Of a DNA stretch of 64,000 nt, positions 27,123-41,393 are shown in pieces. The notes beneath the pieces were generated by a model. It had not been told where the DNA came from. It did no database searches and saw nothing but the letters and a program-made list of their open reading frames with translations. The DNA lies in the NCBI RefSeq assembly GCF_035084215.1, contig NC_090343.1:25048001-25112000 (forward strand), given 5' to 3'. Made by a program: the position numbers and the translations under genes. Numbering within the stretch: position 1 is the stretch's first letter; every line of letters starts with the position of its first letter. The DNA comes from Heptranchias perlo (taxonomy: Eukaryota).

Positions 27123-29272
27123 ACAGAGTCAGGTTTGCCAGCCCTACATTTGTATCAGCATGTATTGGTCAAAAACTGGTACCTGCAGTATAACAACACC
27201 CTCAAAAGATTTGTTGGTGACCCTTTCCTAACTGTCTAACAATTTAAGAAAGAATTAAATAAATATTTCTATATTTTCTGTATTCAGTGCCATGATAAAT
27301 AATTCATCCATTTTATTTGCAGTTTCTGTGATGAGGCTGAATTTACTGTTCAGGGGAGGAGATGGTGGCATAGTAAGTGTCATCAGCATTACTGTGTTAG
27401 AAAAAGATTAATGTCACAGGGCACAACATTTGTGAAATGATAGTGCAGTTAATAGTTTTTGTCAGTGCAGTTAATGTACAATTTTACACTTTCAAGAGGT
27501 ATTGTGATTAACATACATTGCGATATAAAACAAATGATATTGCTGAAGGGAAAAGGCCACTGTGAAGGACTGCTCCAAGGTGCAAAAGAAGATGAGTTAA
27601 ATCAAGAGGTAGTGGTAAGATGACCAAGCTTGGGTTTTAAAAGCCTGCAGATTGTAGGAAGAAAATATTTGTTTTCAAGTGAAATCAATTTCCATTCTCT
27701 TCATGATGGTATATTCTGTGCTTTACTAAAATTGTTACATGTAATAATAAATACTTTGGAATGTCAAACCTTAATCTTTGTTTATGTGCCAGCAAAGTAC
27801 GCCAGAATATAGAAATACTTTGAGTTATTTGTATAATGAATTGTTTATATTTTGGGAATAAAAAAAAAATCAAAACATCTTTTGGACAATTATGCTGCAA
27901 TATTTTAACCTATGTAAATATTACTCATCTGCAAATTTTGATTTAAACATTTACTCCATATGCAATATTCTCATTGCTGTTTAAACTTTGTATACATTTA
28001 TCTTATGTATACCTAAAGGTAACATTATAAATTGATTGTTTAATAGGAGTTATTCTATGGAAAAGGTGAGAGAGGGCATTCTGTTCACTTTAAATGAATA
28101 CGAAAAGGAATCAGGAAATTAAATATTTGTTCAGTTTTTCACAAAAGGGCACACAAGTAAAAAGAGATCACTTTAAATTCAATTCAGTAGTTTTTTAATT
28201 TCACGCCCTTTCATTCACGTGTAGTGGTTTTCACCAAATGAAAGTGGTGCAGACTAGACACTAAGGCCCAGAAATTTGATCGCACCATGCTAAACGGGCG
28301 CATAAGCGTTCAATATTGCGGGCAGGAAGCCCCTTCCATTTTTGGGCCTGATTGAATCTCTAGGCCTAACACTTGCTATATGTAAACAGAACAAGCCCCA
28401 GCTTTGGAGACAGTAGTATGCAATTCATAGGCACAAAAGCACTGCATCATACCACATGCATCCTGTAACTACCTGCTTATGTGGTGATGCTCTGAATATC
28501 AGAGCAGCATGTTATAGTTACTAATTTAATTGGGTCATCACATTTTATAGTTATTAGTGCAACATCTGTCAACATAAGTATACCTTGGCAGTGGGTATAA
28601 ACAGGCACAATTATGTACAACATGACAATTATGGTACCATGTCACACATGGGCCCATTCAAAAGCTCTTATACTGAAAATGACACAATTTTATGCTATTG
28701 CTAGACCACAGTAATGTTCTCATTTTAGACTTGTTTTAGAGTTCCTTGTAATCCAAGATTGACTATAAAGGAATAACTTCATTAGAGTTTAAAATATGTA
28801 GCAGCATTCAACAGTTTAGCCTCTGCTTACAAAACCCCATCTTCAAGCTCTGGTTGGAGCAGTTCGCATCAAAATGATTGTCCAATTGATACATTGTCAG
28901 CTGCTGATTCATAGAAATTGCAAGAAGAATCCATTTGGCCCATCATTCCTAAACCATTGCTGGCTCTAAAACTGCAGCTATCTACACTAATCCCATTACC
29001 CTTTCCTTTCCCCAAATCCTTTTATATTCTTCCTTTTCAATTACTTATCCAATTTCCTTCTAAATTATGTTTCAAACCCTGTTTCAGTGGTATCTTGTGG
29101 TAAAGCATTCCATGTTATAATAACCCTCAATGAAAAAAAATTCTTCCATCTTCCCCCTTCATTCTTCTAGTGATAATCCTCAGTTTATACCTCCTTGTTA
29201 CCAATTTGGCAATCAGTGGGAACAATCTTTCACTATTTACCCTCTGAAAACTTTTCACAATTTAGAAACTCT

Positions 29273-29893
29273 AGGGCCAATTTTAGCTCAGGACCAGAGT
29301 CGTGTGGGTGGGGGCCAAGGCGGAAAGTAAACCGTCCGGACCTTTGCGGTGTGAGGCCCGGGAGATTTTAACTTCTGGGCCTCATATGCATAGGTCCTGT
29401 CAGTGTCCCGCCCAAGCCCGGCTGGAAGCAGCAGTTGGCTGGTAGGCGGGAGCAGGATGTCGGTCAGCAGGAGGCCACTGCCAGGGACCTAAAGGAATGG
29501 TTCCCGGCACTCAAGTAAGTAGTTGGTTGTGGCATTGTGTTCAGAAAGAAGCCCGGGGCAGGGGAGGTTTAGGTGTCTTGTGAGATCTGGAGGAGTACTC
29601 CTGCTCCTCCAGGCCCCACAAGGAAACTAAAAATAAAATAAAACCTTTTTGAATCTCTTCTGGCCCCGGCTGCTCTTGCCAACAGGTTAGAATGGCAGTC
29701 AGGCCCTGATGATGTCATCACAGCCCGATCTGCATATTTAAAGAAGGACCCCACTGGCTTCTGGCGAGTGTCCCTTTCGCCTGCTCAGAAGAACAGGTTA
29801 ACATCTGAACCTGCAGGAAGGCAGCAGAAATTCGATGAGCCATTATAACTGCCTGCCTGTTTCTGTGGGGCGGGTAAGGTTAAATGCAACCCT
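29273..29893. mobile_element. Harbinger-type MITE, 621 bp, inserted into an old minus-strand CR1 fragment (~28910-29960)
   Basis: Ends agggccaatttt / rc agggttgcattt; TSD TCT (29270-72, 29894-96); shared core gatgtcatc...atctgcatatttaaaga. Confidence 0.8.
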
Positions 29894-32719
29894 TCTCTGT
29901 TTGATTCCTCCTTTAACATTCAGTGAAAGCCTCAATTTTTCAAGACTTTCTTCATATTATTGAGATTCTTTATAGTTGTTAATGGTTGTTGCTGACTTAC
30001 ATACTCAAACTGATACGAAACGTTAGCATTTACCATAGTAAAGAAAGGTATATACACATACTTATACTGTAACACTTAGAACCACCATATTGATGGATCT
30101 CTATTAAAGCAGCACTGTTGAGACTGTTTTGGTTCAGCAACTCTATGCTGGGATTTTCATGCTAACATTTACATAAATACAACTTAAAAATCTGATATGA
30201 TAAAGGTATTAGAGAATCCCTTTGGATTGCAGCTAATCAGCAATATAAAGTAACAATGTATATAGGCAGATTCACTTCTCTTAAAAAAAATAAATCAGAT
30301 TTCTATTAGAGACAGTTTTATGAAATTGCCAATAGCTGATAATGGTAGGTGCAATTAGAGTTCTGTACAGCATCACATAACACAAATTAGCCCCAGAAGT
30401 ACTACAAACGATAGTGTTTTAAAAGGTTACCATGTCAACAATGCAGATAGAATACCCGTTGTATATAATCTGACAAAACTGAGAAACATCCTCCAAATGT
30501 ACTTGCAGTTCATTCTGACATCAATCCGCAAACAACGCAGCCGCAGCAAATAATAATTCTTTTTCAATGTCTTCCCCCTACACGGATTGATTAACTGCAC
30601 CATTTGTTGCAGTGTTCCAAAAGTAATTATGATTACTTATCACGACAGGAGGGCAGCCCACAGCTGGCATCATGTCCTTTGGCCACCACTCAGTATTCTT
30701 CCTATAAGCCTAATTAGTGCTGTTGTGTAATAAAGGTCTCGGCACTGGTAATTGCTGTTGATGGTAGTTCAAGGACATACCCAAGAATTCGACATTGTTT
30801 AGATGCGGAGCTGTTGTTAGTGTTTTAGACCACAGCACAGGAAGTGATAGTAATTTGCTGCATGAAAATATCCTAACCCAGAAAAGTGCAGCAGCCTCCT
30901 GTCAAATGCTTGAACACAACATAAATATTATGATGTACCCTTTCACCATTTATTTGATAGAATATTTATCATCATTCTGTTACTCTGTTCAAGTTGTTGT
31001 GATGCATGCTGAAACAGATTCGGGACGTAATGTACTGTGTTCATCATTCCTGGTGTCAGTAATACAACCAGAAATTCCAGCCTCTTCTCAACACACTTAG
31101 AAATAATTGCTTTAATATCATCTGCAGGTTACCTTCCATTACTTTGATCTCAGTTTAAAGTCCATAATCAGCGTAATTGCACAAAATTGCTAGACATTGA
31201 TTTTCTCTTGCCTTTTTAGGTCTCCCTGCAGACAAACAGGAAACTGACTTTCAGGTTTCCACCTAAAGCACCTGCACAGGTTGTCAACATCAGGGAAATG
31301 GTAAGAGTAAAAACTATAATCAGTGAGACACAGATTGTACTGTGTTTGTTCTTCACTGTTCCCAACTGCTACTGGGGCAGTAATCAGCTTCCATGGAGCT
31401 GCAAACACTGACTGGTTTCTGGCCCCTTCTTAAGTAACTGACTGCTGCAGATTCCAATGAAGCTGCCATATGATACATTGATGTCTGTAACAAAGAAAAA
31501 GCTTCTCTGAATTTTGCCACAAATGAGTGCTCTGGACTCCAGAGTCACTGCTGCCAGTTGCCACACATCCTCAAAGACTGACCTCAGATCCTGCACCAAC
31601 GTGCAATGATCCTCACACATCCTACTTTTCTGTTGATTACCCATGAGATCTGGGTCCCACAGCTCTGAAGCCACAGGCAACTTTCTCAGTGGTCTCCGCT
31701 GGGAAGGGAGGCACATCCTCACCCACTCAACCTCATTAAACTGGGCTATTAATCAGTTTTCCAATGCATTAATGCCCATTCAGCAGCGTTTCAGACCTAG
31801 AACGTCTTAATTAGATTTCTCTGCTCAATGCCTCTGAAGGCGTTGCTTCCCCTGGAGGTTAATGGGGAGTTATGCCAGCTGCTGGCTGAAAATCTGCAGC
31901 CCACTTCAATATGGGCGCCTCATCTGCCTGCAGAACCCTGCAGGTTAAAATTGGAGGTGCCGGAAAAGTGTCGTGTTCTGAGCGGGGAAGGAACCTATTT
32001 GTTTTTAACTGCCCACCCGCCCGGTTTCCACTAGGTGGGTAGGGTTAATGCCAACCCCATTGCATTTTATACTCCCAACTATGAATGAAACATAAAATGG
32101 ACTGTAAAGCAAGATATTGTTTAAAGCTGTGTCTAGAAAGAAAAACTTGGTTAAAATTGGTAACCTTAACTTGGTTCATGTGCTTTAGTTTTTGTGACTT
32201 GTATTTCTGTGAGTTTTTGCTGAAAAATGGATATTTTATAAATGGTCTGCTTGTTCAATATTTGTAGCAGGCAGTATTGGCTTGGCCTTGATGAAACAAC
32301 TTTTGTGGTTGAATAAAGTTGTTATTTTCAAAACACTCAGCTGACTTCTAAGCCTATTTGTGTGTGAGTGAGTGAGAGAGAAAAAAGAAAGGCACATATT
32401 TGCAGCGGAAGTTAGGTGCCTTCTCCCCTTATGGCACATAGTTGGCATTTTTACATGTAACCTTCTCATCTCACAAGCCATTTGTATTCCAGTATAATTC
32501 TAGCTGTTGGAAAAAATGACTAAGATCTACATATTTAAATATATTCATATTGACACATGACCGGATAATCTATTTAGTGATGTTGGCTGAGAGGTAAATA
32601 TTGGCCAGGGCACTGGGAGAACTCCCCTGCTCTTCTTAGAATAGTGCTTTTACATCTACTCGAGATGGCAGATAGGGTCTCAGTTTAACATCGCAACCAA
32701 AAGATGGCATCTCCGATAA

Positions 32720-32930
32720 TGGAGAGGTCATTGAAATTCTTCTGGCAATTTGTCATAGGCCTTGGAGTGGTGGAGGTTTTCTCTGCTACCTTCTTCCAAT
32801 CAGCCTGCACCACCTGCTCATGGTGCTTCCTGCCCGAAGTGCCCAACAATCTTGCTCTTCTGGTCCGACTACTGTCAAAAAGACCTCCAGGGATGTAAAA
32901 GAAAATTCGGGAGCCCTTTCAGTTGCTGAC
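32720..32930 (-). pseudogene. Degenerate Harbinger Myb/SANT-like domain relic
   Basis: With one frameshift: ERAPEFSFTSLEVFLTVV/RTRRARLLGTSGRKHHEQVVQADWKKVAEKTSTTPRPMTNCQKNFNDLS, matching the F-S-L-L...W..VA...C.K.FNDL pattern. Confidence 0.7.
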
Positions 32931-33718
32931 ACCTTTGAGGATGCTGCTCCTTCAGCATTTCTGCATTTATCTGGCTGCACTTGTTTAAAAGGTTGCACCA
33001 GAACTGAATTTCCCTGCTTCCCAGCAGCAGTCAACTGATCAGAAATGGGATTACCACTCCAGACCAGCTCTGCATAGCAAATGATGGGAGGAAATTGCAG
33101 CAGATTCATATTGGCGAGTGGTTTTCTCGCTCCACCGCTCTCCTGCCAATGGGAAGGAAACCCAGTCCATGCTCTCTATTAAATTAATTGACTTGTACAT
33201 AGTATATCTTTTTTAATCCAGAATTTTAAGATTCAAAAACTAAAATTCATTTTGAAAGTATTAATTATTCTGATTGTGAAAATTAAAACACATATAAAGT
33301 GGAAATAGTTGCACTCCATTTTCTTAGGAAAGTGTTACGTAGTTAAAGGGCAAACAATGACCTCATTGGATTAGAGCTGTACAAATTTGTACTAACCCTC
33401 TAAATCCCCTAATCTTCCACTGCACAACAATGGAAAGAGATAAAGGAGATTAAATAGGATCTGATGTATGTTTGCTTGGCAGTGGCCCTTCAGTTAACTC
33501 ACTAACTTAAATTGTATGCAGAGCTTTCAATACAGAATTTACCTTTAAAAATGGCTGACCGATGCCCACAAAATACAAAGCCAACTGTTGCTTGTTGCTT
33601 GATCAAAGGAATTTACCTGTATCTGTTTGCTATCTATATGCTGTCATCATAATTATTTTGCATCAGTGTTTGTTTGTTCACTTTTTTCTTTATTTTCACT
33701 TGAAGATGATGACACAAG

Positions 33719-33858
33719 GGGGTAGATCTTGACCGTGCGATAGTGTAAGTTGGGTGATAGCGAGTCCGCAGCCTGTTTTACATCTCTCCCGATTTTTATT
33801 TCCATTGACTTCACTATCACCCAATTTACACTATCGCGCAAAAGTCAAGTTCTACCCC
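33719..33858. mobile_element. 140-bp foldback MITE
   Basis: ~42-bp TIRs: ggggtagatcttgac..gcgatagtgtaagttgggtgatag versus rc ggggtagaacttgac..gcgatagtgtaaattgggtgatag. Flanks AAG/ATG. Confidence 0.85.
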
Positions 33859-34059
33859 ATGGATGCCAACAGCTTTCTGGTGCCTCCCCACGTGGTTATT
33901 CTTCATGTGTGTGAATGACCATCACCCTCAATCATAAAGGCCAATTCTACCTTACTGATGTCAATGTGTGCACTTTCAGTAAGAGTCACTGGATATTGAT
34001 ATGGAATGGGAATTTGCCTGATATTCCCCTGCTTAGCCTAAAGTTACTGAGGGCAATTG

Positions 34060-36408
34060 ATCAGTATGTTTCCAGCCCAATAAGGAAGGAGCATTGCTGG
34101 ATCTGGTTCTGGGGAATGAGGTGGGTCAAGTGGAACAAGTGTCAGTGGAGGAACATTTAGGGAACAGTGATCATAGTATCATAAGCTTTAGATTAGTTAT
34201 GGAAAAGGACAAGGAGCAATCTAGAGTAAAAATACTTAATTGGAGGAGAGCCAATTTCAGTGGGTTGAGAGCGGATCTGGCCCGGGTAAATTGGAATCAA
34301 AGATTGGCAGGCAAAACTATAATCAAACAATGGGCGGCCTTTAAAAAGGAGATGGTTCGGGTATAGTCCAGGTACAGTCGAGTGGAAAAGTAGGGCGACC
34401 AAAGCTAGAGCTCCCTGGATGACGGAAGAGAAAGAGAGTAAGATGAAGCAGAAAAAGGGGGCGTATGACAGATGTCAAGATAATAATACAAATGAGAACC
34501 AGGCTGAATGTAGAAAGTACAGAGAAGTGAAATAGGAAATAAGAGAGGCAAAGAGAGAGTATGAGAATAGACTGGCGGCAAACATAAAAGGGAATCCAAA
34601 AATCTTCTATAGACATATAAATAGTAAATGGGTAGTAAGAGGAAGGGTGGGGCCGATTTTGGACCAAAAAGGAGATCTACACATGGAGGCAGAGGGCATG
34701 GCTGAGGTACTAAATGAGTACTTTGTATCTGTCGTTAACAAGGAAGAAGATGCTGCCAAAGTCGCAGTAAAAGAGGAGGTAGTTGAGATACTGGATGGGG
34801 TGAAAATTGATACAAGAGGTACTACAAAGTCTGGCTATGCTCAAAGTAGATAAGTCACCCAGTCCGGATGGGATGCATCCTAGGTTGCTGAAGGAAGTAA
34901 GGGTGAAAATTGCAGAGGTGCTGGCCATAATCTTCCAATCATCCTTAGGTACTGGGGTGGTGTCAGAGGACTGGAGAATTGCAAATGTTACACCCTTGTT
35001 CAAAAAAGGGTGTAAGGATAAACCCAGCAACTACAGGCCAGTCAGTTTAACCTCGGTGGTGGGGAAGTATTTAGAAACGATAATCTGGGACAAAATTAAT
35101 AGTCACTTGGACAAGTGTGAATTAATAAAGGAAAGCCAGCACGGATTTGTTAAAGGCAAATCATGTTTAACTAATTTGATTGAGTTTTTTGATGAGGTAA
35201 CAGAGAGGGTTGATGAGGGCAATGCGGTTGATGTTGCGTATATGGACTTTCAAAAGGCGTTTGATAAAGTGCCACACAATAGGCTTGTCAGGAATATTGA
35301 AGCCCATGGAATAAAAGGGGCAGTGGCAGCATGGATACAAAATTGGCTAAGTGACAGGAAACAGAAAGTAATGGTGAACAGTTGTTTTTTCGGACTGGAG
35401 GAAGGTGTACATGGTGTTTCCCAGGGGTTGGCACTAGGACCACTGCTTTTTTTGATATATATTAATGATTTAGACTTGGGTGTACGTGACACAATTTCAA
35501 AATTTGCAGATGACACAAAACTTGGAAGTATGGTGAACAGTGAGGAGGATAGTAAGAGACTTCAGGAGGACATAGACAGGCTGATGGAATGGGCGGATGC
35601 TTGGCAGATGAAATTTAATGCAGAGAAGTGATACAGTTTGGCAGGAAGAATGAGGAGAGGCAATATAAACTAAATGGTACAATTCTAAAGCGGTGCAGGA
35701 ACAGAGAGACCTGGGGCATATGTGCACAAATCTTTGAAGGTGGCAGGATAGGTTGAGAAAGTGGTCAAAAAAGCATACGGGATCCTGGGCTTTATAAATA
35801 GAGGCATAGAGTACAAAAGCAAGGAAGTTATGTTGAACCTTTATAAATTACTGGTTCAGCCACAACTGGAGTACTGCGTCCAATTCTGGGCTCCGCACTT
35901 TAGGAAGGATGTGAAGGCCTCAGAGAGGGTACAGAAAAGATTTACTAGAATGATTCCAGGGACTTCAGTTACGTAGATAGGCTGGAGAAGATGGGGTTGT
36001 TCTCCTTAGAGCAGAGAATGTTGAGAGGGGATTTGATAAAAGTGTTCAAAATCATGATGGGTTTAGATAAAGTAAATAAAGAGAAACTGTTCCCATTGGC
36101 GGAAGGGTCAAGAACCAGAGGTCACAGATTTAAGGTGATTGGCAAAAGAACCAAAGGTGACATGATTAAAAACTTTTTTACACAGCGAGTAGTTATGATC
36201 TGGAATGCTTTGCCTGAAAAGGTGGTGGATGCAGATTCAATAGTGGCTTTCAAAAGGAATTGGATAAATATTTGAAGGGAAAAAATTTGCAGGGCTACGG
36301 AGAAAGAGCGGGGCAATGTGAAAAACTAGATTGCTCTTACAAAGAGCCGGCATGGGTTCGATGGGCCGAATGGCCTCCTTCTGCGCTGTAACGATCCTAT
36401 CATTCTAT
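34060..36408 (+). mobile_element. CR1 LINE, 5'-truncated ORF2 (end of endonuclease, RT, 3' end)
   Basis: LDLVLGNE..HLGNSDH, NYRPVSLTS, DFQKAFDKVPH, KFADD; multiple stops. Flanked by AATTG (34055-59, 36409-13) within a split SINE. Confidence 0.95.
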
Positions 36409-38164
36409 AATTGCAGCACCAAACTACTGCCACAACTGAGTTCAGCTAATCAGCACCGTCTAGAGATCAAACCTGGGACCTTCCTGACCTATATGACCGT
36501 TTATGACACCACAAAGCCATTGGGAATGGCACTGAATTTTTTGTTTGAGAGGGGAGATAAATAGAGGCCTGATTCTCTCTGCCTAACATCTGTGTGTGCC
36601 AGTTCCCAGGAATTAGGGGAACAAAATAGGAGTGGCGATCCTTGTTGCTGACTCTCTGCCCCATTTGCGCTTGACCCACATTTCCTCGAACCTATTGGGT
36701 GGAGACAGAAATCGTCCAGCAGAAATAGAGGGGAGCATTTAAATAGCATGCAAATGATGCAAGAGTGGCATCATAACACCTCCCATTGCAGTAAGGAGCA
36801 AGGATGTCATCTTACCCCAATCTGCATATTTAAAGAAGAACCTCACAGCTTTGGGCGGGTGGCTTAGCCGCTCACAGAAGCATGCATAAAATTCGTGGTC
36901 TGTGGGATCTGGGCAGTTTGAGAGCGAGTCAGTAACCTGGGTGATTTTAACTGCCCACCCACCCGGCTGGGTATGGTTAAAATCGTCTGTATATTCTGTT
37001 TTACAAAGAAAAGGGGAGCAGGCACGATAAGTACAGTGCAAAGTTAGTTTCAGTTCCATGACATATCATCATAAATTATGTAACCATACCACAAACATAT
37101 GACTGCCTTTGTGCAGAAAACTGATTATGTTGTAATCTCCCAACTGCTAGATTGGTAGTAGCCAGTAATAAAGTGTTGTGGAGAACTGTGCCATAAGTTG
37201 ACCTCTGCCAACACTAATTCATCAGCATGAAATCCTCCCACACAATCGCGCTGTGCCAAAACTTGTAGAATTTTGCAAGAAATGTAATAAATTTTCTTCA
37301 TTAGTCTTGAGTTACTTTTTGTCCATTACGATTAAAGATTTTAAATCACATTTCCTTGATGAGGCTCAGATTTTAACTGCCCTCTGAAAGCAAGCAAACT
37401 AATGGTCAATATCTCTGCTGTGATCTCTCCTGTATGCTGCAAGGATCAGATTCACTACAAACATTCAACTGTGAGCTGGACGAGTTCCAGACTATGGCTG
37501 ACATCACTAAGTATGGAAGGTAGGTGGGGTATTGGGAGATGCATCTCCTGGAACTTGTTTGATCACTTTCAGTGGTCAGAGAGGAATTTCCCTGAGTTTT
37601 TTGCCCCTAAATTGGTCTAGGGTTTTTCCTTCTTTTTTTGCCTCGCCTGGGAGATTGTACGACTGGCTGTTGTGAGGGGGCGGGGGGGGCTACTGGGGGT
37701 CATGATATACATAAGTTGCATCGTGACAGTTTGGGGCTGTCTTAGTGGACCAGCTGGTCTTTTCCTGTTCTTTGTTTTCATATATTTCTTACAAACCGAG
37801 TTGCCAATTGCAATATAAGCACTGTATGTGCTTTAAGTAGAAGGGGCTTCACCAACACTAATCTTTCAATTACAATATGGGGCTTATAATCCAATGTCGG
37901 ATGCCTACTGCCTGTATTATCAAGTGAGAAGGCCTGAGGCTGAGGCGCCTAGGACACTATAATGGAGCTGGGCGGCATTAAGGGCACTGGGAACTCTCCA
38001 AAAAAATTAAATTAGGAGGCGGATCCATAATGCAATTGTTGCATCTGAGCAGCGCTCCAGGTCACAAACTCCCAGTTAAAAAAAAATGAAATCCCCTCCC
38101 TATTGCCTCGCCATCATCCTTGTTACCCCTGCTTCGTCTGACCCTCTGTCACTCCTGACTGGCC

Positions 38165-38582
38165 ACTTTTGAAGTACTCTTCAAGTCCCAATGAAATACT
38201 TTTGAAGTGTAGTCACATTGTAAGTTAGGCAAATGTGGCAGCTGATATACACACAGTGAGGTCCTACAAACAACTATGAGATAAATGATCAGTTAATCTG
38301 TTATAGGTGTTGGTTGAGGGATAAATGTTGACCTGGAACACTGGGGGAACTCCCTGACTCTTAAAATAGTGTCATTGGATCTTTTATGTCCACCTGAGAC
38401 GGCAAATGGCGCCTCAGTTTAATATCTTATCGGAAAGACACCACCTTCGACAGTGCAGCACTCATTCAGTATTGTACTGAAATGCCAGCCTAGATTATGT
38501 GCTCAGGTCTCTGAAGTGGGTTTAAAACCTACGAACTTCTAACTCAAAGGTAACATTGCTACTACTGAGCCAAGGCTGATAG
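38165..38582 (-). mobile_element. DeuSINE/SacSINE-like SINE
   Basis: Reverse complement of the 8236-8695 family. Confidence 0.8.
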
Positions 38583-39865
38583 CTGAGTACCATTCTGAGA
38601 TTAGGATCTGCAGTATAACTAGCCCCTCAAGGTTCTTTTACACAGCACAAAATGAGCTGAGAGTAAATCACCCTCAAGTTCACTGTAGGCTTGAAGACTC
38701 GATTTACACTAGCTCTTCCAAACATATTTTGACTTTTCCCGTCAGAAGCTGGATTCAAGCCCTGTGATATTTTAACATCATAATATCAATGACATTACAA
38801 GATTTCCTGCAGTAGAAAAGAAGAATTTGGGACCCAAACTGTTGGAGATGGCATTTACAGTGACATCAAGGATCTGTTGTTCCGGTATGCAACCTCCAGC
38901 TGATGAGTGTCACATTCAAGTTTCCAATGTGATTAGGAGTCAGATTATTTATCTGACTCTGTTTATATTCCTACTTTAGCATCACTGCAGTGTAAATGTA
39001 CCCTTAGATTCCATGTTCAGGATAGTTACTTTGATGATGCATTAGGCTGGGTAATATAAAGAGATTTTAGAACAGGAAGGTAATATATACAAGATAAACA
39101 GGAGTTTCATAAAATAGAACAAATGTACAAATGGAGAAAAAGCAAAATTTTTAGGCTCAAAAGAGGTAAATTCAAAACATTAGAGAAACAGATTAAGATC
39201 CTGGAACAGTCTGTTCCTAAATTTCTTTTGTAACCTATGTTGGTTGCTGCAGTTTGCACTGTAGTTGGGGCTGTGAAGAGATTCCTTTACCACCTTGCAA
39301 TTTATTTTTAATTTGCATTTTCTAATTTCAGAATTTGTAGATGTTCTTTTCTTAATTTTGCTTTCAGATGTTATCAGTTCAAGTTTACTACAAAGCTATT
39401 GATCCATGATGTTCGAGCTATACAATGTCTCACTAGCAGAACACCAAGGAGCTGATTTTTGTGTATTGTTGCAAGTCAGCTCTAAGTGGTTAAGAATTGG
39501 TGCAAAACTTGCAGTAATGATAATATGTTAATAGCACATAATTTTCCAGGGTCATTCTATTTGCATAATTATTCACAGCTCGAGGCATCGATTTGGACTC
39601 GTGGTGGGAATGGAAAATTGTGCATTGCTGAAATTTTAAATGGTTGTAAAAATTAAAGGGAAGTGGCAGAATAAGGAGTCAAAAACTGTTACATCCTTTG
39701 GATAAGCTTAAAAGACACCTCAATTCATTGGCAGCTTTTGATTAGGCTGAAGAAGACAATGCTAAGAGTGACAGTCAAAATTAAAGAAAATATAGGCATG
39801 AATCTGTAAAAAAGTGACTGCACCCAATCCCCTGCTTGATTGGCACTGAAGTGGAGGTGGTGGTT

Positions 39866-40010
39866 CATAGAAACATAGAAAATAGGAGCAGTAGTAGGCC
39901 ATTTGGCCCTTCGAGCCTGCTCCGCCATTCAATATGATCATGGCTGATCCTCTATCTCAATACCATATTCCCGCTCTCTCCCCATACCCCTTGATGCCTT
40001 TTGTGTCTAG
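39866..40010 (-). mobile_element. Short young CR1 3' tail
   Basis: catagaaacatagaaaataggagcag...ccctcgagcctgc-like CR1 3' terminus, as at 11622. Confidence 0.8.
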
Positions 40011-41393
40011 TGTGTGGTGGTTGTGAGGAAGGTGGTTCTGTTTGTCACTCTACAGCATTATCCCCATTGGTTAACATTACAGCTTGCCTGGAAAGAGGTG
40101 GTGTTTGCTATTTGGAGGCTGCAGTTGGCTGTTACTGTCTGTAATAATCCTCTGTGCTGCATGCCCTTGCAGCTGAGCGCAGTGATCAGGTTATGTTGGC
40201 TATCGATCACCCTGGCCATGTAGGGTACAGGATTGTTTTGGGTCATTTAAATGTCATGAATTTTTGACTCTTTGACTAATGCAAAACTCAGGCTGTAAGT
40301 TAACCACGAACTACAGTCTACTGCTAACAAAAACAACAGAAAAGGTAACAGTCACGGCTAAGGGCTTAGTTAATCTGCATTCTGAACCATGTTCCCAGTT
40401 GTGAGTACTGTTTAGAGCTGTTACTTATTGTTGTTTGGCAATCAAATAAAATATTTAGTAATCTTAGAACCAGTTTCTGTGATTGTTGTCTCTGCTCAAG
40501 GTTAGAACTAGTAATAGGGTTATTTCCCTAAACATAGGGACAAATTAATAATAAGAATCTTACAGCCATGCCTTCTATCATGCAGCATTACATATTGTGA
40601 TTGGAGTGCTTCCAAAGAACCAGCCTGTATTAAAGTTTGTCAGGCCTTCACATATCGTATCTGTGTCATCAAACCTATTGTCACAACCTCTTGTGATGAT
40701 GATAACATAGAAAAATACATATAGGAACTGATTCTCTTCACAGTTACACCCCATGCACGCCATTTCACAGGGTACAATGGAGCGGAAAAAGGAACAATTG
40801 TTACAAAAGAAACTGGCCCATTTTCTGGGACTTTTAATGCCCTTATCAACATTAGGGGTCAATTTTTCCAGGAAATTGCGGGGGTGGGGGGGCTCCAAAA
40901 ATCGGGGAAATCCCGTTCGGGTTCGGAACCCGGCTCCAACCCGCAGACTTCCGGGTTCCCCACTGATGAGTCTGGGTGCACGCGCGACTCCCAAATGCGG
41001 AAGTCCCACCGGCAATTAAAGCCGGCGGGATGATACTTGACACAGTTATTTAGAAAGTTTAAGTAGTTGAACTAATTCACTTTCTCCATATTGAGGCAGG
41101 GGTGCAATTTTGAAGCATTCTCAGCGTGTTTCCCGTGCTGTGGGAAACACTCCATGTTGCACAGACTTGTTTCAGCCAGCAGCCAGTCGGACATTCAAAT
41201 ACTTATTTGACAGATGGGGAGCAAAGGTCACTTATTGCAGCAGGGCACTTAGTTCTTTCAGGCAAAGTTCTGGCTGCGAGATCTTTGTGTTTTCACTGCA
41301 AATTCTTACTTTCCACTCAAAATTCTTCTGTTCACACATCTCTAATTACTTTGCGGACTCCCTCAAACTCACACAGTCAGGTCGGGGGGAGCC

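Noticed and set aside
31190-31722. ORFs 31384-31722 and 31190-31408 as a gene
   Set aside because: No recognisable motif or convincing splice structure; adjacent to MITE-like sequence, so probably decayed TE or noise.
40560-40854. Possible coding exon interrupted by the 40855 transposon
   Set aside because: Joining the flanks gives only short frames with stops and no recognisable protein.
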